From UHGV virus genome UHGV-0194485: a DNA stretch of 37,082 nt; one strand, given 5' to 3'. The position numbers and the translations under genes were made by a program. Each line of letters opens with the position of its first letter. The first letter of the stretch is position 1. Below, one piece after another: positions 26,219 to 35,435 of this stretch. A model generated the notes under the pieces. It ran no database searches. It worked only from the letters and a program-made list of their open reading frames with translations, and was not told the origin of the DNA. The stretch comes from a virus.

Positions 26219-26549
26219 GTGATAACCTCATGAGCTTGGCGATCTGCTGGCGCTGGGCCATCAGCTGGCGCTCCTCCTCGGCCTGACGCTCCATCTCGGC
26301 CCACTCCCTCTCAGTGTAGAACGGACGCAGGACGCGAGAGGTGTCGCCCCCGCCCAGATTGATGCCGATGCCTGCGCAGATGGACAGTGAGAGCGATACC
26401 AGCTCCTCCCTCCTCCGCTCGCGCTTGAGCATCGCAGCCTGCCAGACGAGGGACGGCGGGAGCGTCGGGTCGATGCCCTCCGAAGCCGCCACGACCCTCG
26501 TCAGCTCGCTCAGTCTCTCTCCTCTCCGCCCAGGGTATCCATAAACCCC
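26208..26549 (-). CDS. tail assembly chaperone, frameshift extension (gpGT-like)
   Basis: Open -1 frame overlapping the end of the upstream chaperone, directly before the tape measure. Confidence 0.55.
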   Translation of the reverse strand, partial: GVYGYPGRRGERLSELTRVVAASEGIDPTLPPSLVWQAAMLKRERRREELVSLSLSICAGIGINLGGGDTSRVLRPFYTEREWAEMERQAEEERQLMAQRQQIAKLMRLSHGR

Positions 26550-26797
26550 ATGTACTTCGACTCCCGCACTAGGTCGGCCATGCGCTCCATGTCGACGCCC
26601 TGCTCGATTGCATCGTCGAAGTCGCGGAACCCGAGGAACGAGGCCATCAGGTTGAGATCAGTGAAACGCATGCGTTCCATGCGCTCGATCAGGTCGAGAA
26701 TGGACCAATCCGGATGCTCGGCCTCGTAGGCGCAGATGGCATCATTGTCGAGGTCGATGTCCCTCTCGGTGCCGTCGGCGAGGGTGACGAGGGTCAC
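26510..26797 (-). CDS. tail assembly chaperone (gpG-like)
   Basis: GTG 26797. Acidic 95-aa protein between the major tail protein and tape measure. Confidence 0.7.
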   Translation of the reverse strand: MTLVTLADGTERDIDLDNDAICAYEAEHPDWSILDLIERMERMRFTDLNLMASFLGFRDFDDAIEQGVDMERMADLVRESKYMGFMDTLGGEERD

Positions 26798-27009
26798 TCG
26801 GTCGCCTCCGGGATCTCCTCTGCCGCGTCCACCCACATGGGATAGAGGTGCAGGGATTCGATCATGGTGATCTTCTTGCCGGGCTTGTAGACCGCGCCCG
26901 TTCCGTCCTCGCGGGTGTTCCACGCATAGAACGCCTTGCCGTCGGGAACGGGGCCGTCGTATGTCTTGATGACGATCTCGGCTCCGATGCGGTGCTTGGT
27001 CATGGTCAT
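26794..27009 (-). CDS. single InlB B-repeat-like domain, probably a frameshift extension of the major tail protein
   Basis: GKAFYAWNTREDGTGAVYKPG...LHLYPMW. Confidence 0.65.
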   Translation of the reverse strand: MTMTKHRIGAEIVIKTYDGPVPDGKAFYAWNTREDGTGAVYKPGKKITMIESLHLYPMWVDAAEEIPEATE

Positions 27010-27476
27010 GCGACCGCCCCCTGCTGTCCGTCCTCATATGTGAGATTGAGAGTCTGGGTGATCTCCCCCACGGTCAGAGCAGACTGCGGGATGATAGTCA
27101 GTATGAAGTCCTGCTTGGAGGACACTGCACCTGCGCCGAAGCGGTAGGAGAACTGGCCCTTGAAGCTGACCTGTTTCTTGAGCTGGGAGTAGACGACTTT
27201 CCATTCGTAGACGGTCTCCTCGTCCATGGCGAGGATCAGGTCCATGTTGGAGTCCGTCACGCCCGCGGGCATAGCGTTCATCGTGAACTCCAGGTCGGAG
27301 GACCAGTCGGGGATATCCCGGATATATTCCTTCATCTCGGAGGTCAGGTGGGTCACGTCGATCTTCTCCGCGCTCTGCCCGATCTCGGGCACGGCGCTCA
27401 CCTCCTTGATCTCCTTCCAGTCCGTGCTCTGCTTCACGTAGAGCTGGACACCTTTGGCGGATACTGCTTCTGACAT
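27006..27476 (-). CDS. major tail (tube) protein
   Basis: VPEIGQSAEKIDVTHL...EYIRDIPD...LEFT, a siphovirus tube motif. Confidence 0.88.
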   Translation of the reverse strand: MSEAVSAKGVQLYVKQSTDWKEIKEVSAVPEIGQSAEKIDVTHLTSEMKEYIRDIPDWSSDLEFTMNAMPAGVTDSNMDLILAMDEETVYEWKVVYSQLKKQVSFKGQFSYRFGAGAVSSKQDFILTIIPQSALTVGEITQTLNLTYEDGQQGAVA

Positions 27477-27485
27477 ATGATCTCC

Positions 27486-27848
27486 TCATGCGAAGATTCT
27501 CCCGCGCGTGTCCATCAGCCCTCCGATGGTCAGATTGACGCGGTAAAGATGATTGGGCTCCTCGTAGATGCCGGAGAAGCCGGTGGATTGGATATTGTAA
27601 CGGGATAGAGCATCGAGGACGTCCATCGCGGTCTTGCGCGCAACAGATGGCGAGGATGCGAGGATGCCCACGGAGTAGGTGAGACGGACGAGGACCTCGG
27701 AGCCGTCGGGTCCGACCTGCTCCGGTGTCCTGCCGATCATGTCGATGACGGCGTAGGGTCCCTTGGGGGACTTCTGCGGCCATGCAAGGTAGGCGGAGCC
27801 TACCACACCCTTGATGATGGATAGGATGTGCTCGGTAGGGTCTATCAT
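27486..27848 (-). CDS. tail terminator / completion protein
   Basis: Starts MIDPTEHI; position just before the major tail protein. Confidence 0.65.
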   Translation of the reverse strand: MIDPTEHILSIIKGVVGSAYLAWPQKSPKGPYAVIDMIGRTPEQVGPDGSEVLVRLTYSVGILASSPSVARKTAMDVLDALSRYNIQSTGFSGIYEEPNHLYRVNLTIGGLMDTRGRIFA

Positions 27849-28321
27849 GCCTCGAACTCCTCCTTGATGCCTTCCTTGATGATCTTGACGAAGGCCTTGC
27901 GGTTGTCGTAGAGCGCGGGGCGCATGAACGGCCTGGCGGGCTGGCTGACGGCGACCTTGAACGGATGCTCGGGGTCGCCCGTAGGATAGACCCATGAGGA
28001 CTTGGAGGTGTGCGGTATCTCCGGGTCGCCCTTGGGTCCGGTGCCGTACTCGATGAACAACGCGTAAGACACGTCCGTGCGGATGCCGACCGACACGCCC
28101 TCCTCCGGATGCTCCACGAATGAGTTGTAGCCGTCGTCCGTCTCGATGGATGCAAGCAGGACCCCTGTGTCCACGGCCTTGGATTCGGTCAGGTTCTTGA
28201 CCGCATCCTCGCGCATGACCTCCTGGATCCTGTCCGCGCACCGTCTCTCGATGATGCCGTCCAGGTCCACCATGCTGCGGAGCTTCCTCTGCACGTCCTC
28301 GGCGTCAACCTCTATCCTCAT
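27845..28321 (-). CDS. HK97 gp10-like tail component
   Basis: VDTGVLLASI...YALFIEYGTG...QPARPFMRPAL. Confidence 0.88.
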   Translation of the reverse strand: MRIEVDAEDVQRKLRSMVDLDGIIERRCADRIQEVMREDAVKNLTESKAVDTGVLLASIETDDGYNSFVEHPEEGVSVGIRTDVSYALFIEYGTGPKGDPEIPHTSKSSWVYPTGDPEHPFKVAVSQPARPFMRPALYDNRKAFVKIIKEGIKEEFEA

Positions 28322-28644
28322 AGCGGTCTGACCTCCAGGTTCTGACTGCCCGGATAGTCCAGGCATGACACGATCTCATAGGTCGGCTCGGTGGAGCCCG
28401 CAGGCCCCATCCTGTCGCCGAGGACGAACGGATGTGCGAACGACACGACAGCCCTCCAGCGGGTCTCGGAGTCCGAAGTCCCCGAGTCGGACTGGGTCCG
28501 ACCGGAGGACAGGGGTGAGAAGCCGATGAAGATGACCTTGGGCTCACGCACATAGGATGGCACGGCATCGCCGGTCTCGGAGTCCGTGGACTCGACCCTG
28601 CGATACCGCAGCATGCGGCGGAGATCGGTTGCCAGACACTGCAT
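28318..28644 (-). CDS. head closure / head-tail joining protein
   Basis: Synteny and size (108 aa). Confidence 0.6.
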   Translation of the reverse strand: MQCLATDLRRMLRYRRVESTDSETGDAVPSYVREPKVIFIGFSPLSSGRTQSDSGTSDSETRWRAVVSFAHPFVLGDRMGPAGSTEPTYEIVSCLDYPGSQNLEVRPL

Positions 28645-28960
28645 CGACACCGACCACCAGCTTCCATGCCTTGATCTCGCGCTCGATATCCGCGGGCATG
28701 GTCGCCTCCGGATACTCGCGCTCGACCTCGCCGTCCTTGACGTGCTTGGCACCCTCGCCGCCCTCCATGTTGGACCACATCACCGCGATGCGCGTGATGA
28801 TGGAGTCCGCACGGGCTCCGGGATCCGCACTGCGATGGGTCACGGAGAGGAAATAGTCCCTCGAATCCTCCAGGAGCATCGTCAGATACTCGTCGGATTT
28901 GTCCGTGAGGGTCCTCCTGGTGCGGAGACGGGATAGACGGCGGAGGGTGTCGGTGTCCAT
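28544..28960 (-). CDS. head-tail connector (gp6/gp15-like)
   Basis: Follows the capsid gene; EGGEG...KDGEVEREY pattern. Confidence 0.7.
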   Translation of the reverse strand: MDTDTLRRLSRLRTRRTLTDKSDEYLTMLLEDSRDYFLSVTHRSADPGARADSIITRIAVMWSNMEGGEGAKHVKDGEVEREYPEATMPADIEREIKAWKLVVGVDAVSGNRSPPHAAVSQGRVHGLRDRRCRAILCA

Positions 28961-28964
28961 CGGA

Positions 28965-29930
28965 TCATCCCGTCTTCTTTCCGCACTGGGCGTAGATGCC
29001 GCTTGCGCCGGAGTTCTTCTCCACGATGACATCGTGGTAGAGCCTATACATCAGAGAGTCCGCATCCTTGGACTGGTTGATGCTCGCGTCGATGAACTTG
29101 GGCTCGCTGAAGACGGTGACTCCCTGGGCGCATCCGGGTGCGACGATGACGAAATAGATATCCTGCGCATCGGTGCCGGGTGCGATGCCGCCCTTGTTGC
29201 CGGAGGTGGCCCCGGGGGTGTTGTAGGAGTAGATGGTCTTCATCCTTGCAGACGGGACCCACACGATGGGGTTGCCGTCGATGGACTCGGTGGTGAGGTC
29301 GATGTTGGGCACTCCGGAGATCTGCTTGACCTTGGTGTACTCGCTGGACTCGCGGAGGACCGCTTTCATGTTGTTGTTGAGGTAGATGGTGGATCCCGAA
29401 TCGACTCCGCGCTCCTCGTAGATGGTGTCGAGTCCGACTCCGATCTTGGAGAGGAGGTTGGCCTTGGTGGGTGCGGCGGTCTCTTCGACCACGTGGGATG
29501 CCAGTGCGGTCTTGGTCTTGGAGACGGCTCCGCTAAGTCTGGTCGCATCGATTTCGGGGATGACCTGGAGCCTCATGAGCTGGGCCGCTGCTGCGGCGGT
29601 GCTTGCGAGTCCGTCGGTCTGGACCTTGTCCTTGCGGTCGATGTCGATCTTGATTCCCCTGTCGTAAGCCAGGGTGTAGTCCGTCCACTCGATGGTGGCG
29701 GCTCCGACGGGATATCCCTTAACTTTGTCATAGTCTCCGAGTCCGTCGGTGGACATGGTGGGGAGCTTGGCGGTCGCCGAGCCGTTGAAGGCCTGGACGA
29801 TCTCCGAAGATGCATTCATCCCCGCCGTTACGCTTTCTTTCTTGACGATCTCGTCCATCTTGGATGAGATCATCTTGACGATGGTGGTGATGGAGTTGTC
29901 CACACCACTGCCTGAGTATGTCGCTGCCAT
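28965..29930 (-). CDS. major capsid protein (HK97 fold)
   Basis: 321 aa after the scaffold. GLGDYD, YDRG..IDID, VIPEIDA.RLS and YRLYHD motifs. Confidence 0.88.
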   Translation of the reverse strand: MAATYSGSGVDNSITTIVKMISSKMDEIVKKESVTAGMNASSEIVQAFNGSATAKLPTMSTDGLGDYDKVKGYPVGAATIEWTDYTLAYDRGIKIDIDRKDKVQTDGLASTAAAAAQLMRLQVIPEIDATRLSGAVSKTKTALASHVVEETAAPTKANLLSKIGVGLDTIYEERGVDSGSTIYLNNNMKAVLRESSEYTKVKQISGVPNIDLTTESIDGNPIVWVPSARMKTIYSYNTPGATSGNKGGIAPGTDAQDIYFVIVAPGCAQGVTVFSEPKFIDASINQSKDADSLMYRLYHDVIVEKNSGASGIYAQCGKKTG

Positions 29931-29934
29931 GTGA

Positions 29935-30465
29935 TCATCTCTTAATGCCCATGAGGCGATCGAGCATGCTGCTCATTTCGTCCTCCTTGGTCGGGCCGGC
30001 ACCCTGTCCTGCCGGAGGGGTGCCCCGATTGAGGCTCTCGCTGACCTGTCTGGCCACGAGATCCGAGACGGACTTGGAGAACGCGGCGATGTTGGCATCC
30101 GTCTGATCATCGGAGTCTCCGATGAGGTTGCCTGCGAACTCCACAGGAAGCCCCTGTTTGGCGAGCTCGCCCTGCGCTCTGGTGACGGCCAGGGTACGCT
30201 TGAGCTCCGCGAGCTCGGTATCCCTTGCCTTCACCTTCTGCTCATACTCGGCCTTGACGCGCTCCTCCCCTTCAAGTTGGGCGATGCGGGCCTGCTCCGC
30301 TGCCTCGTCGGCGCGGGTCTTGTCCTCGCGGTCTCTCCGCTCCCTCTCCGCTTTGAGACGCTGCGACACGATCTTGTCCACCTCGTCCTGGGTGAAGGTC
30401 TTGAGCTCGGGTTGGGGTTCTCCCCCTGTGCCGGTATCGTCGATGTTCTCTTTTCCGTCTGTCAC
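29935..30465 (-). CDS. capsid scaffolding protein (DUF4355-like)
   Basis: KTFTQDEVDKIVSQRL followed by a coiled coil. Confidence 0.85.
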   Translation of the reverse strand: MTDGKENIDDTGTGGEPQPELKTFTQDEVDKIVSQRLKAERERRDREDKTRADEAAEQARIAQLEGEERVKAEYEQKVKARDTELAELKRTLAVTRAQGELAKQGLPVEFAGNLIGDSDDQTDANIAAFSKSVSDLVARQVSESLNRGTPPAGQGAGPTKEDEMSSMLDRLMGIKR

Positions 30466-30507
30466 GGGTACAACCCCCCCTTGGGGTGGTTAAAACGACG
30501 AGGATAG

Positions 30508-30527
30508 GGGTATAAAAACGAAATTCG
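30508..30527 (-). promoter_or_regulatory. late-promoter motif upstream of scaffold/capsid
   Basis: Identical 20-mer GGGTATAAAAACGAAATTCG. Confidence 0.75.
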
Positions 30528-30552
30528 GGATTAAGGGGTTTAGGAGGGGTTT

Positions 30553-31608
30553 TCAGTCCTTCTTCTTGAATTTGGGCTTGTATGCGACTCCGTCCTTCCT
30601 GCCGGGTCCGAAGGTATCATACCAGTCCTTATAGCCGAAGTTGCGCGGGATCTCGTGCGTGACTCCCGTAGCGTCGTCGGTGTAGCGCCTTTGACGCATG
30701 AGCGCCTCCAGCTCCGGGTCGATCTTGGCCACCGTGGTGCATCTGCAGTTGGGGTGCATCGGCGGGTAGTTGATACCGACCTGCGCCTTATCGCGGTCGA
30801 ACACCTGCCCGTCGAGCCGACCGCAGACGGGGCATGTGCGCTCGTCCCACGCGGCGGTGAAGACGTACTGCTCCACGCCGTGCTTCATATAGGCCTCCAT
30901 GTGGGCCTCGCCCGCCGTCTCGGTGATGACGGTCCGGGCCTCGCGCTTAGATCTGAACCTCATGGCTCCCTTGATGTCGTCCACGCTTTTTGAAACCATG
31001 TCCGGCGGGAGGCCGCGGAGCATGGAGTTGATGACCGTTTTGGACGAGAAATCGACGAGAGGGTCCATGTACCGCCTCGCATCGGGCAGGTCGAACACGG
31101 AGTCCACGATGACCTGCACGCGGCCGCCTTTGATGGCGTCGACCGCCCACCCCATGCCCGTCTCCTTCTGGAGGACGAACGTCCCGCGATAGTAGCCGTC
31201 CTTGGCGACCTCGGACAGGATCCTCGCGGTCGTGTAGAGCATGTCGTCGAGGACCGCATAGCAGTTGAGACGGGCGAGCGTCCTTATGGCGCGGATGTTG
31301 GTCATGCGGTGATGGGCGATCTGCCCCGTAATGCTCTCCCATATCGTCTCGCGGTAGCGCTCCGGGACCGCCTTGAGGAGCGCCTGCATCCTGATGATGG
31401 TGGCGGAGTCCGCGAAGCCGTTGAGGAAGATGGCGGCGGGCTGGTCCGCGTACCTCCCGCGCTCCATCATGGCGCGGACGTCCGAGATCAGCCCGTCGAG
31501 GGCGCGGTTGGTGATGCGCGAGAGGGACTTGGCGAGGGGCGTCATGTTGCCCTGGTAGCTCGCCACCTCCCTCTCGATGTCGTCACTCCAGGATGGGGCC
31601 TTCGCCAT
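30553..31608 (-). CDS. minor head protein (SPP1 gp7 / Mu gpF family)
   Basis: DERTCPVCGRLDG...PPMHPNCRCT. Confidence 0.9.
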   Translation of the reverse strand: MAKAPSWSDDIEREVASYQGNMTPLAKSLSRITNRALDGLISDVRAMMERGRYADQPAAIFLNGFADSATIIRMQALLKAVPERYRETIWESITGQIAHHRMTNIRAIRTLARLNCYAVLDDMLYTTARILSEVAKDGYYRGTFVLQKETGMGWAVDAIKGGRVQVIVDSVFDLPDARRYMDPLVDFSSKTVINSMLRGLPPDMVSKSVDDIKGAMRFRSKREARTVITETAGEAHMEAYMKHGVEQYVFTAAWDERTCPVCGRLDGQVFDRDKAQVGINYPPMHPNCRCTTVAKIDPELEALMRQRRYTDDATGVTHEIPRNFGYKDWYDTFGPGRKDGVAYKPKFKKKD

Positions 31609-33019
31609 CGTCCTCGTCCTCGTCATCCATCGGAGGGTTCTGCATCCTGCCGAGCGACCTCGTGGCGTCGTCCTCGAAGGACATGGCGTCGGAGGACGAT
31701 GCGGACGACGCCTCCTCCTCCACGAGCTCCGCCTCCTCGGCGGGGTCGGGAATGGCGGAGATCTGCATCCTCGCGGTCGCCTTGGACATGATGCCGGAGG
31801 ACGTGAGCTGCGTCAGGGCCGTCGCCATGTAGGACAGGTCCTGGGGCGCGTTGAACTGGAAGACGATGTCCATGCTCTCGATGTCCGTCCTCGGCTCGTA
31901 CCCGACGGACATGGAGGGGTTGTTCATGCGGTAGTCGTAGAGCTTGACACGGCGGATGAAACCCTCGCGGAAGCGCGCGGTCTTCTCCGCCATCATCTGA
32001 TCCGTTCCGAACATCTTGTACGCCATGGCGATGCCCGACGCGTTGCCCGCGAACTGCTCGTCCGACAGGTCGGGGACCATTGCGAACTTGTGGATGTCGC
32101 TGGCGTATTGGTCCTGCAGGACCTGGATGCCCGTCTCGTCCATGGTCTTGGTGAGCCATGTGGCGGTGGTGTCGTCGTCGCCCTGTAAGACGCGGGTCTT
32201 CTTCAGGAACTCCTTGCCCTGCTCGATCTCCTCCGGTGTGGCGCCGATGATGGAGCCTTGGATGAAGAGCATGGTCTGGGCGAAGGCGTCCTTATCGTCC
32301 TGTCTGTCGGACAGGAGCGAGTTGTAGGCATCCTGCAGGTCCATGATGCCCTCGAAGTCTCCGAGCATGTCCCGTGAGTTGCGATACTCGATCAGAGGCA
32401 CGCGTCCGAAGCCGTGCGGTACGGGGTCCTGTATCATGCGCCAGCCATCGGCGGAGTCGTCGTTGACGGACTCCCACACGCTCATGCTCTGCCTGTCGTA
32501 CATGTACATCGTGTAGTGGATGGTGTCGGCCTCGTCGCGGTAGGAGTAGATGACCGCGCCGAAGACCGAGTCACGCTCCATGTCTCCGGTGTAAGCAACA
32601 AATGCGTTGCGAGGGGACACGACGACCGAGTTCGGTTCTGTCTTGTCCTTCGGAAGATAGACGAGCTCGAACGCCTTGCCGTAGATGCTCATGTCGAGAG
32701 CGAGCTGGGAATCTACGGACCACTTGGTCTGACGGTGCATGAGGTCGATGATCTGCTGGCCGTAGGAGTCGTTCTCCGCGCAGACGTACTTCGGCTGGTT
32801 GCCGACCATGTAGCCGCGGAGGGCTTTGGAGATGTACGCGCAGAAGTTAGAGACGATGCGGTTACCGTCACGGTCGGGGAAGTCCTGGTCCCCGATGTAG
32901 TAGCGGTAGAGCGTATCGTAGCGCGACTTCTGGCCGATCCAGTCCACGAATGCGTTGCGGACTGTCCTCGGCGTGATGTTCTCTTGCGTGACGATGGTTT
33001 CGGGTGGTTCTGTTTTCAT
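31583..33019 (-). CDS. portal protein (SPP1 gp6-like)
   Basis: NRIVSNF...GYMVGN, SIYGKAFEL, HGFGRVPLIEY, FAGNASGIAM. Confidence 0.93.
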   Translation of the reverse strand: MKTEPPETIVTQENITPRTVRNAFVDWIGQKSRYDTLYRYYIGDQDFPDRDGNRIVSNFCAYISKALRGYMVGNQPKYVCAENDSYGQQIIDLMHRQTKWSVDSQLALDMSIYGKAFELVYLPKDKTEPNSVVVSPRNAFVAYTGDMERDSVFGAVIYSYRDEADTIHYTMYMYDRQSMSVWESVNDDSADGWRMIQDPVPHGFGRVPLIEYRNSRDMLGDFEGIMDLQDAYNSLLSDRQDDKDAFAQTMLFIQGSIIGATPEEIEQGKEFLKKTRVLQGDDDTTATWLTKTMDETGIQVLQDQYASDIHKFAMVPDLSDEQFAGNASGIAMAYKMFGTDQMMAEKTARFREGFIRRVKLYDYRMNNPSMSVGYEPRTDIESMDIVFQFNAPQDLSYMATALTQLTSSGIMSKATARMQISAIPDPAEEAELVEEEASSASSSDAMSFEDDATRSLGRMQNPPMDDEDEDDGEGPILE

Positions 33020-34275
33020 TGTATCGCTCCGATAACAGGTTTGATGTGAGTGTAGGCGAGATAGCGCAGTGCATCCATGCGGTCATCGCGCATCTTGATG
33101 GGTTTGTCCTCTCCGCGCTCCGAGGCCTTGGGATCCCAGGAGTAGGTGCCGAACTCGTTGAGGAGGTCCAGCACATCCGTGTGGAAACCGAGAATCCCGC
33201 CATAGATCAGAGAACGTGTGTACTCGATGCCGTCCAGAACGTCGTTCTTGGCCTTGATGACATGAAGGCTATGACGCATGAACTCGACACGCAGGATCTT
33301 GGCGGCAGGGTCGATGGCGATGACGACCCTCTGAGGGTCGACACCGAGATGCTGGCAGACATCGAGGAAGCCGATGTAGTGGTCATAGGTGGTCTTGTCG
33401 CTCTTCTCGTCGAAATACTCCGCCACGATGCGCCAGTCCTTGCGATTGCCCTTGACCATGCCCCCGAACAGCATCACGGTCGGGTGGTCGGCTCCGAAGT
33501 CGATGGCGCAGTAGCGGACGTCGACCTCGGCCTTGTCGAACTCGCGGAAGTAGGTCCGGTCGACGCGCGGATAGATCAGGCCCTCCGCCACGCACCGCAG
33601 TCCGAGGATCTTGCGGTCGTACTCGTAGCCGTGGTAGCGGAGCTTGAGGGCTTCGATCTTGTCCGGAGTCATGATCGGGTTGTCTTCGAGGACGAAGTGG
33701 AACTCGTGGTATCCTCCGAACGCCTTCTTCTCGGCCGGTGTCATGCGGAGGTAGCGATCGGTGTGCTCCGTGTAGATAGGGTTGTGAGGGTTGTCCGGGT
33801 TGGAGGTCCATATCATGTAGGGATGGTCAGACGCCGCGAGCCTCGCCATCGCCTCGTTGATGAAGCTCATGTGGTGCTTTGTGATCTCGTCGGCATACCA
33901 GAAATCTGCGGTCAGTCCTCTCAGCTGGTCCTCGGAGTTGGACTTTCCCCCTCCGAAGACATAGATGGTCACGTCTCCGCGGTTGGTGGGGACGATGACC
34001 TGTGTTGCGTTATCGCGGGTCACGATGGACGATCCCGGGCATAAGTCCAGCAGGCCCATCTGGGACTTGATGACGTTCCTGGTGACGGATGCGACGGTGT
34101 TCCCGGAGATGATGCCTCTTGAGACGGGGTGGGTGGCGATATAGTACAACAAAGATAGCACGGAGGCCTGCGTCTTGCCGCTACGGACTGGACCTTCGTA
34201 GAACTGGAGGGCATCGGTGCATAGGATCCTCCGCAGGACCTTCGGACCGAACGGCTTGAGGCCCTCGATGGTCAT
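33016..34275 (-). CDS. terL: terminase large subunit
   Basis: Walker A GPVRSGKT, Walker B WYADE, TSNP coupling motif, nuclease AIDFG and DDRMDALRY. Confidence 0.95.
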   Translation of the reverse strand: MTIEGLKPFGPKVLRRILCTDALQFYEGPVRSGKTQASVLSLLYYIATHPVSRGIISGNTVASVTRNVIKSQMGLLDLCPGSSIVTRDNATQVIVPTNRGDVTIYVFGGGKSNSEDQLRGLTADFWYADEITKHHMSFINEAMARLAASDHPYMIWTSNPDNPHNPIYTEHTDRYLRMTPAEKKAFGGYHEFHFVLEDNPIMTPDKIEALKLRYHGYEYDRKILGLRCVAEGLIYPRVDRTYFREFDKAEVDVRYCAIDFGADHPTVMLFGGMVKGNRKDWRIVAEYFDEKSDKTTYDHYIGFLDVCQHLGVDPQRVVIAIDPAAKILRVEFMRHSLHVIKAKNDVLDGIEYTRSLIYGGILGFHTDVLDLLNEFGTYSWDPKASERGEDKPIKMRDDRMDALRYLAYTHIKPVIGAIQ

Positions 34276-34697
34276 TTCTCCTCCCATCCCTCCGTGTCTT
34301 CGGAGGTCTTGGATGCGGCGAGCTTCTGGAGCTGGGTGGCGAAGTCGGCGAGCTCCGAACCCTTGGAAGACTTGGGCATCTCCCCGAGCATATCGCGGAT
34401 GAACTCCACCGCCTTCATGTCGCCCTTGAGGGCCTTGGACATGACGGTGACCATCAGGTGGTCGCCCATCGTCACGTTGCGGCCCTTCATATCCTTGGCG
34501 GACTCCATGCCCGATACGGACTCTACCGGGCCGTTCTCCATGGGCATCTTCATCAGGATCTCCAGCGTCTCTGCCATGGATTTGCGCTCGGCCTTCTTGC
34601 GTTGACACGCGATTCCGCCTGCACGACCGCGTTTCTTTGCCTCCTCACTGCTCAACTCGCCTTTTTTCAGGGGCCTGAGGTTCTGCTCGTTGGCCAC
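34272..34697 (-). CDS. terS: terminase small subunit
   Basis: GTG 34697. NEQNLRP...GRAGGIA...KALKGDMKAVEFIRD; immediately upstream of terL. Confidence 0.75.
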   Translation of the reverse strand: MANEQNLRPLKKGELSSEEAKKRGRAGGIACQRKKAERKSMAETLEILMKMPMENGPVESVSGMESAKDMKGRNVTMGDHLMVTVMSKALKGDMKAVEFIRDMLGEMPKSSKGSELADFATQLQKLAASKTSEDTEGWEEK

Positions 34698-34702
34698 TCC
34701 TC

Positions 34703-34882
34703 TCACCTCCACGGCTTCCAGTCCTCGAAGCCTTCGTTGAACGGTTGCAGGTCGTCGAAGAAGGCCTTGTAAAACTCCGTGACCTCGTGGTCCACGGCCT
34801 GGTCGTTCCTGCGCGGGTTCCTCGCATAAGGCACGAGGTCCTTCACCTTGACCACAATGGTCTTCGATTCGAGTTTCTCCAC
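34703..34882 (-). pseudogene. truncated ParB-N-like ORF
   Basis: VKDLVPYARNPRRNDQAVD is the start of a ParB/Srx domain, but the ORF ends at 59 aa. Confidence 0.5.
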
Positions 34883-34922
34883 GGTTAACCCTCCGTTTAG
34901 GTGATGAAAAGACGAGCCGGGG

Positions 34923-34942
34923 GGGTATAAAAACGAAATTCG
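34923..34942 (-). promoter_or_regulatory. late-promoter motif upstream of the packaging genes
   Basis: Identical 20-mer. Confidence 0.75.
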
Positions 34943-35073
34943 GAAAAACGGAGGAAAAAGGTTTGTCCGACATGGCACAAAAACATCCTCGTCATGTCGG
35001 GGTTTGCGAGGTCGACCGCCGTGTTTCATCGATGTGCCGACAAACCAACATCGTTTTTGTCCGATATACATCA

Positions 35074-35280
35074 TCACATCAGCTCCCAGACGGCGAGATG
35101 GCAGGACGTATCCAGGCGCTTGCGCCGGATGTACCCCAACCATTTGAGACGGTCGAGCGCCGCGGCGATGTCAGCGTCATGGCGGTTCCTCCCCATCGCC
35201 TCCTCGATGTCCTTCATGGTCATGGGCCTGATGCGGAGATGCCTCACGATCTCCTGCTCGATGGGCGTCAGCGGCTGCAT
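35074..35280 (-). CDS. winged-helix DNA-binding protein
   Basis: IVRHLRIRPMTMKDIEEAMG...IAAALDRLKWLGYI. Last gene before the late promoter. Confidence 0.72.
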   Translation of the reverse strand: MQPLTPIEQEIVRHLRIRPMTMKDIEEAMGRNRHDADIAAALDRLKWLGYIRRKRLDTSCHLAVWELM

Positions 35281-35435
35281 GACACCTCTGTCCATGCCCA
35301 TGCGATGCCTGCGAGCCATGCTGATGCGCCTGCGACGATGCCCCCGGGCGTGCATATAACCGCGAGGATGGAGACGACGGTCGCCCCGAGGACGATGACG
35401 GCGGATGCGAGGATGTGGTCTTCGCGTTCGGTCAT
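35268..35435 (-). CDS. small two-TM membrane protein
   Basis: 55 aa, MTEREDHILASAVIVLG..., read by hand. Confidence 0.55.
   Translation of the reverse strand: MTEREDHILASAVIVLGATVVSILAVICTPGGIVAGASAWLAGIAWAWTEVSCSR

Noticed and set aside
6961..34973. Long N-terminal extensions in the ORF track (to 7983, 9238, 14259, 18527, 34608, 34973)
   Set aside because: They overlap upstream genes or promoters. Internal starts with an RBS or ATGA coupling fit better.
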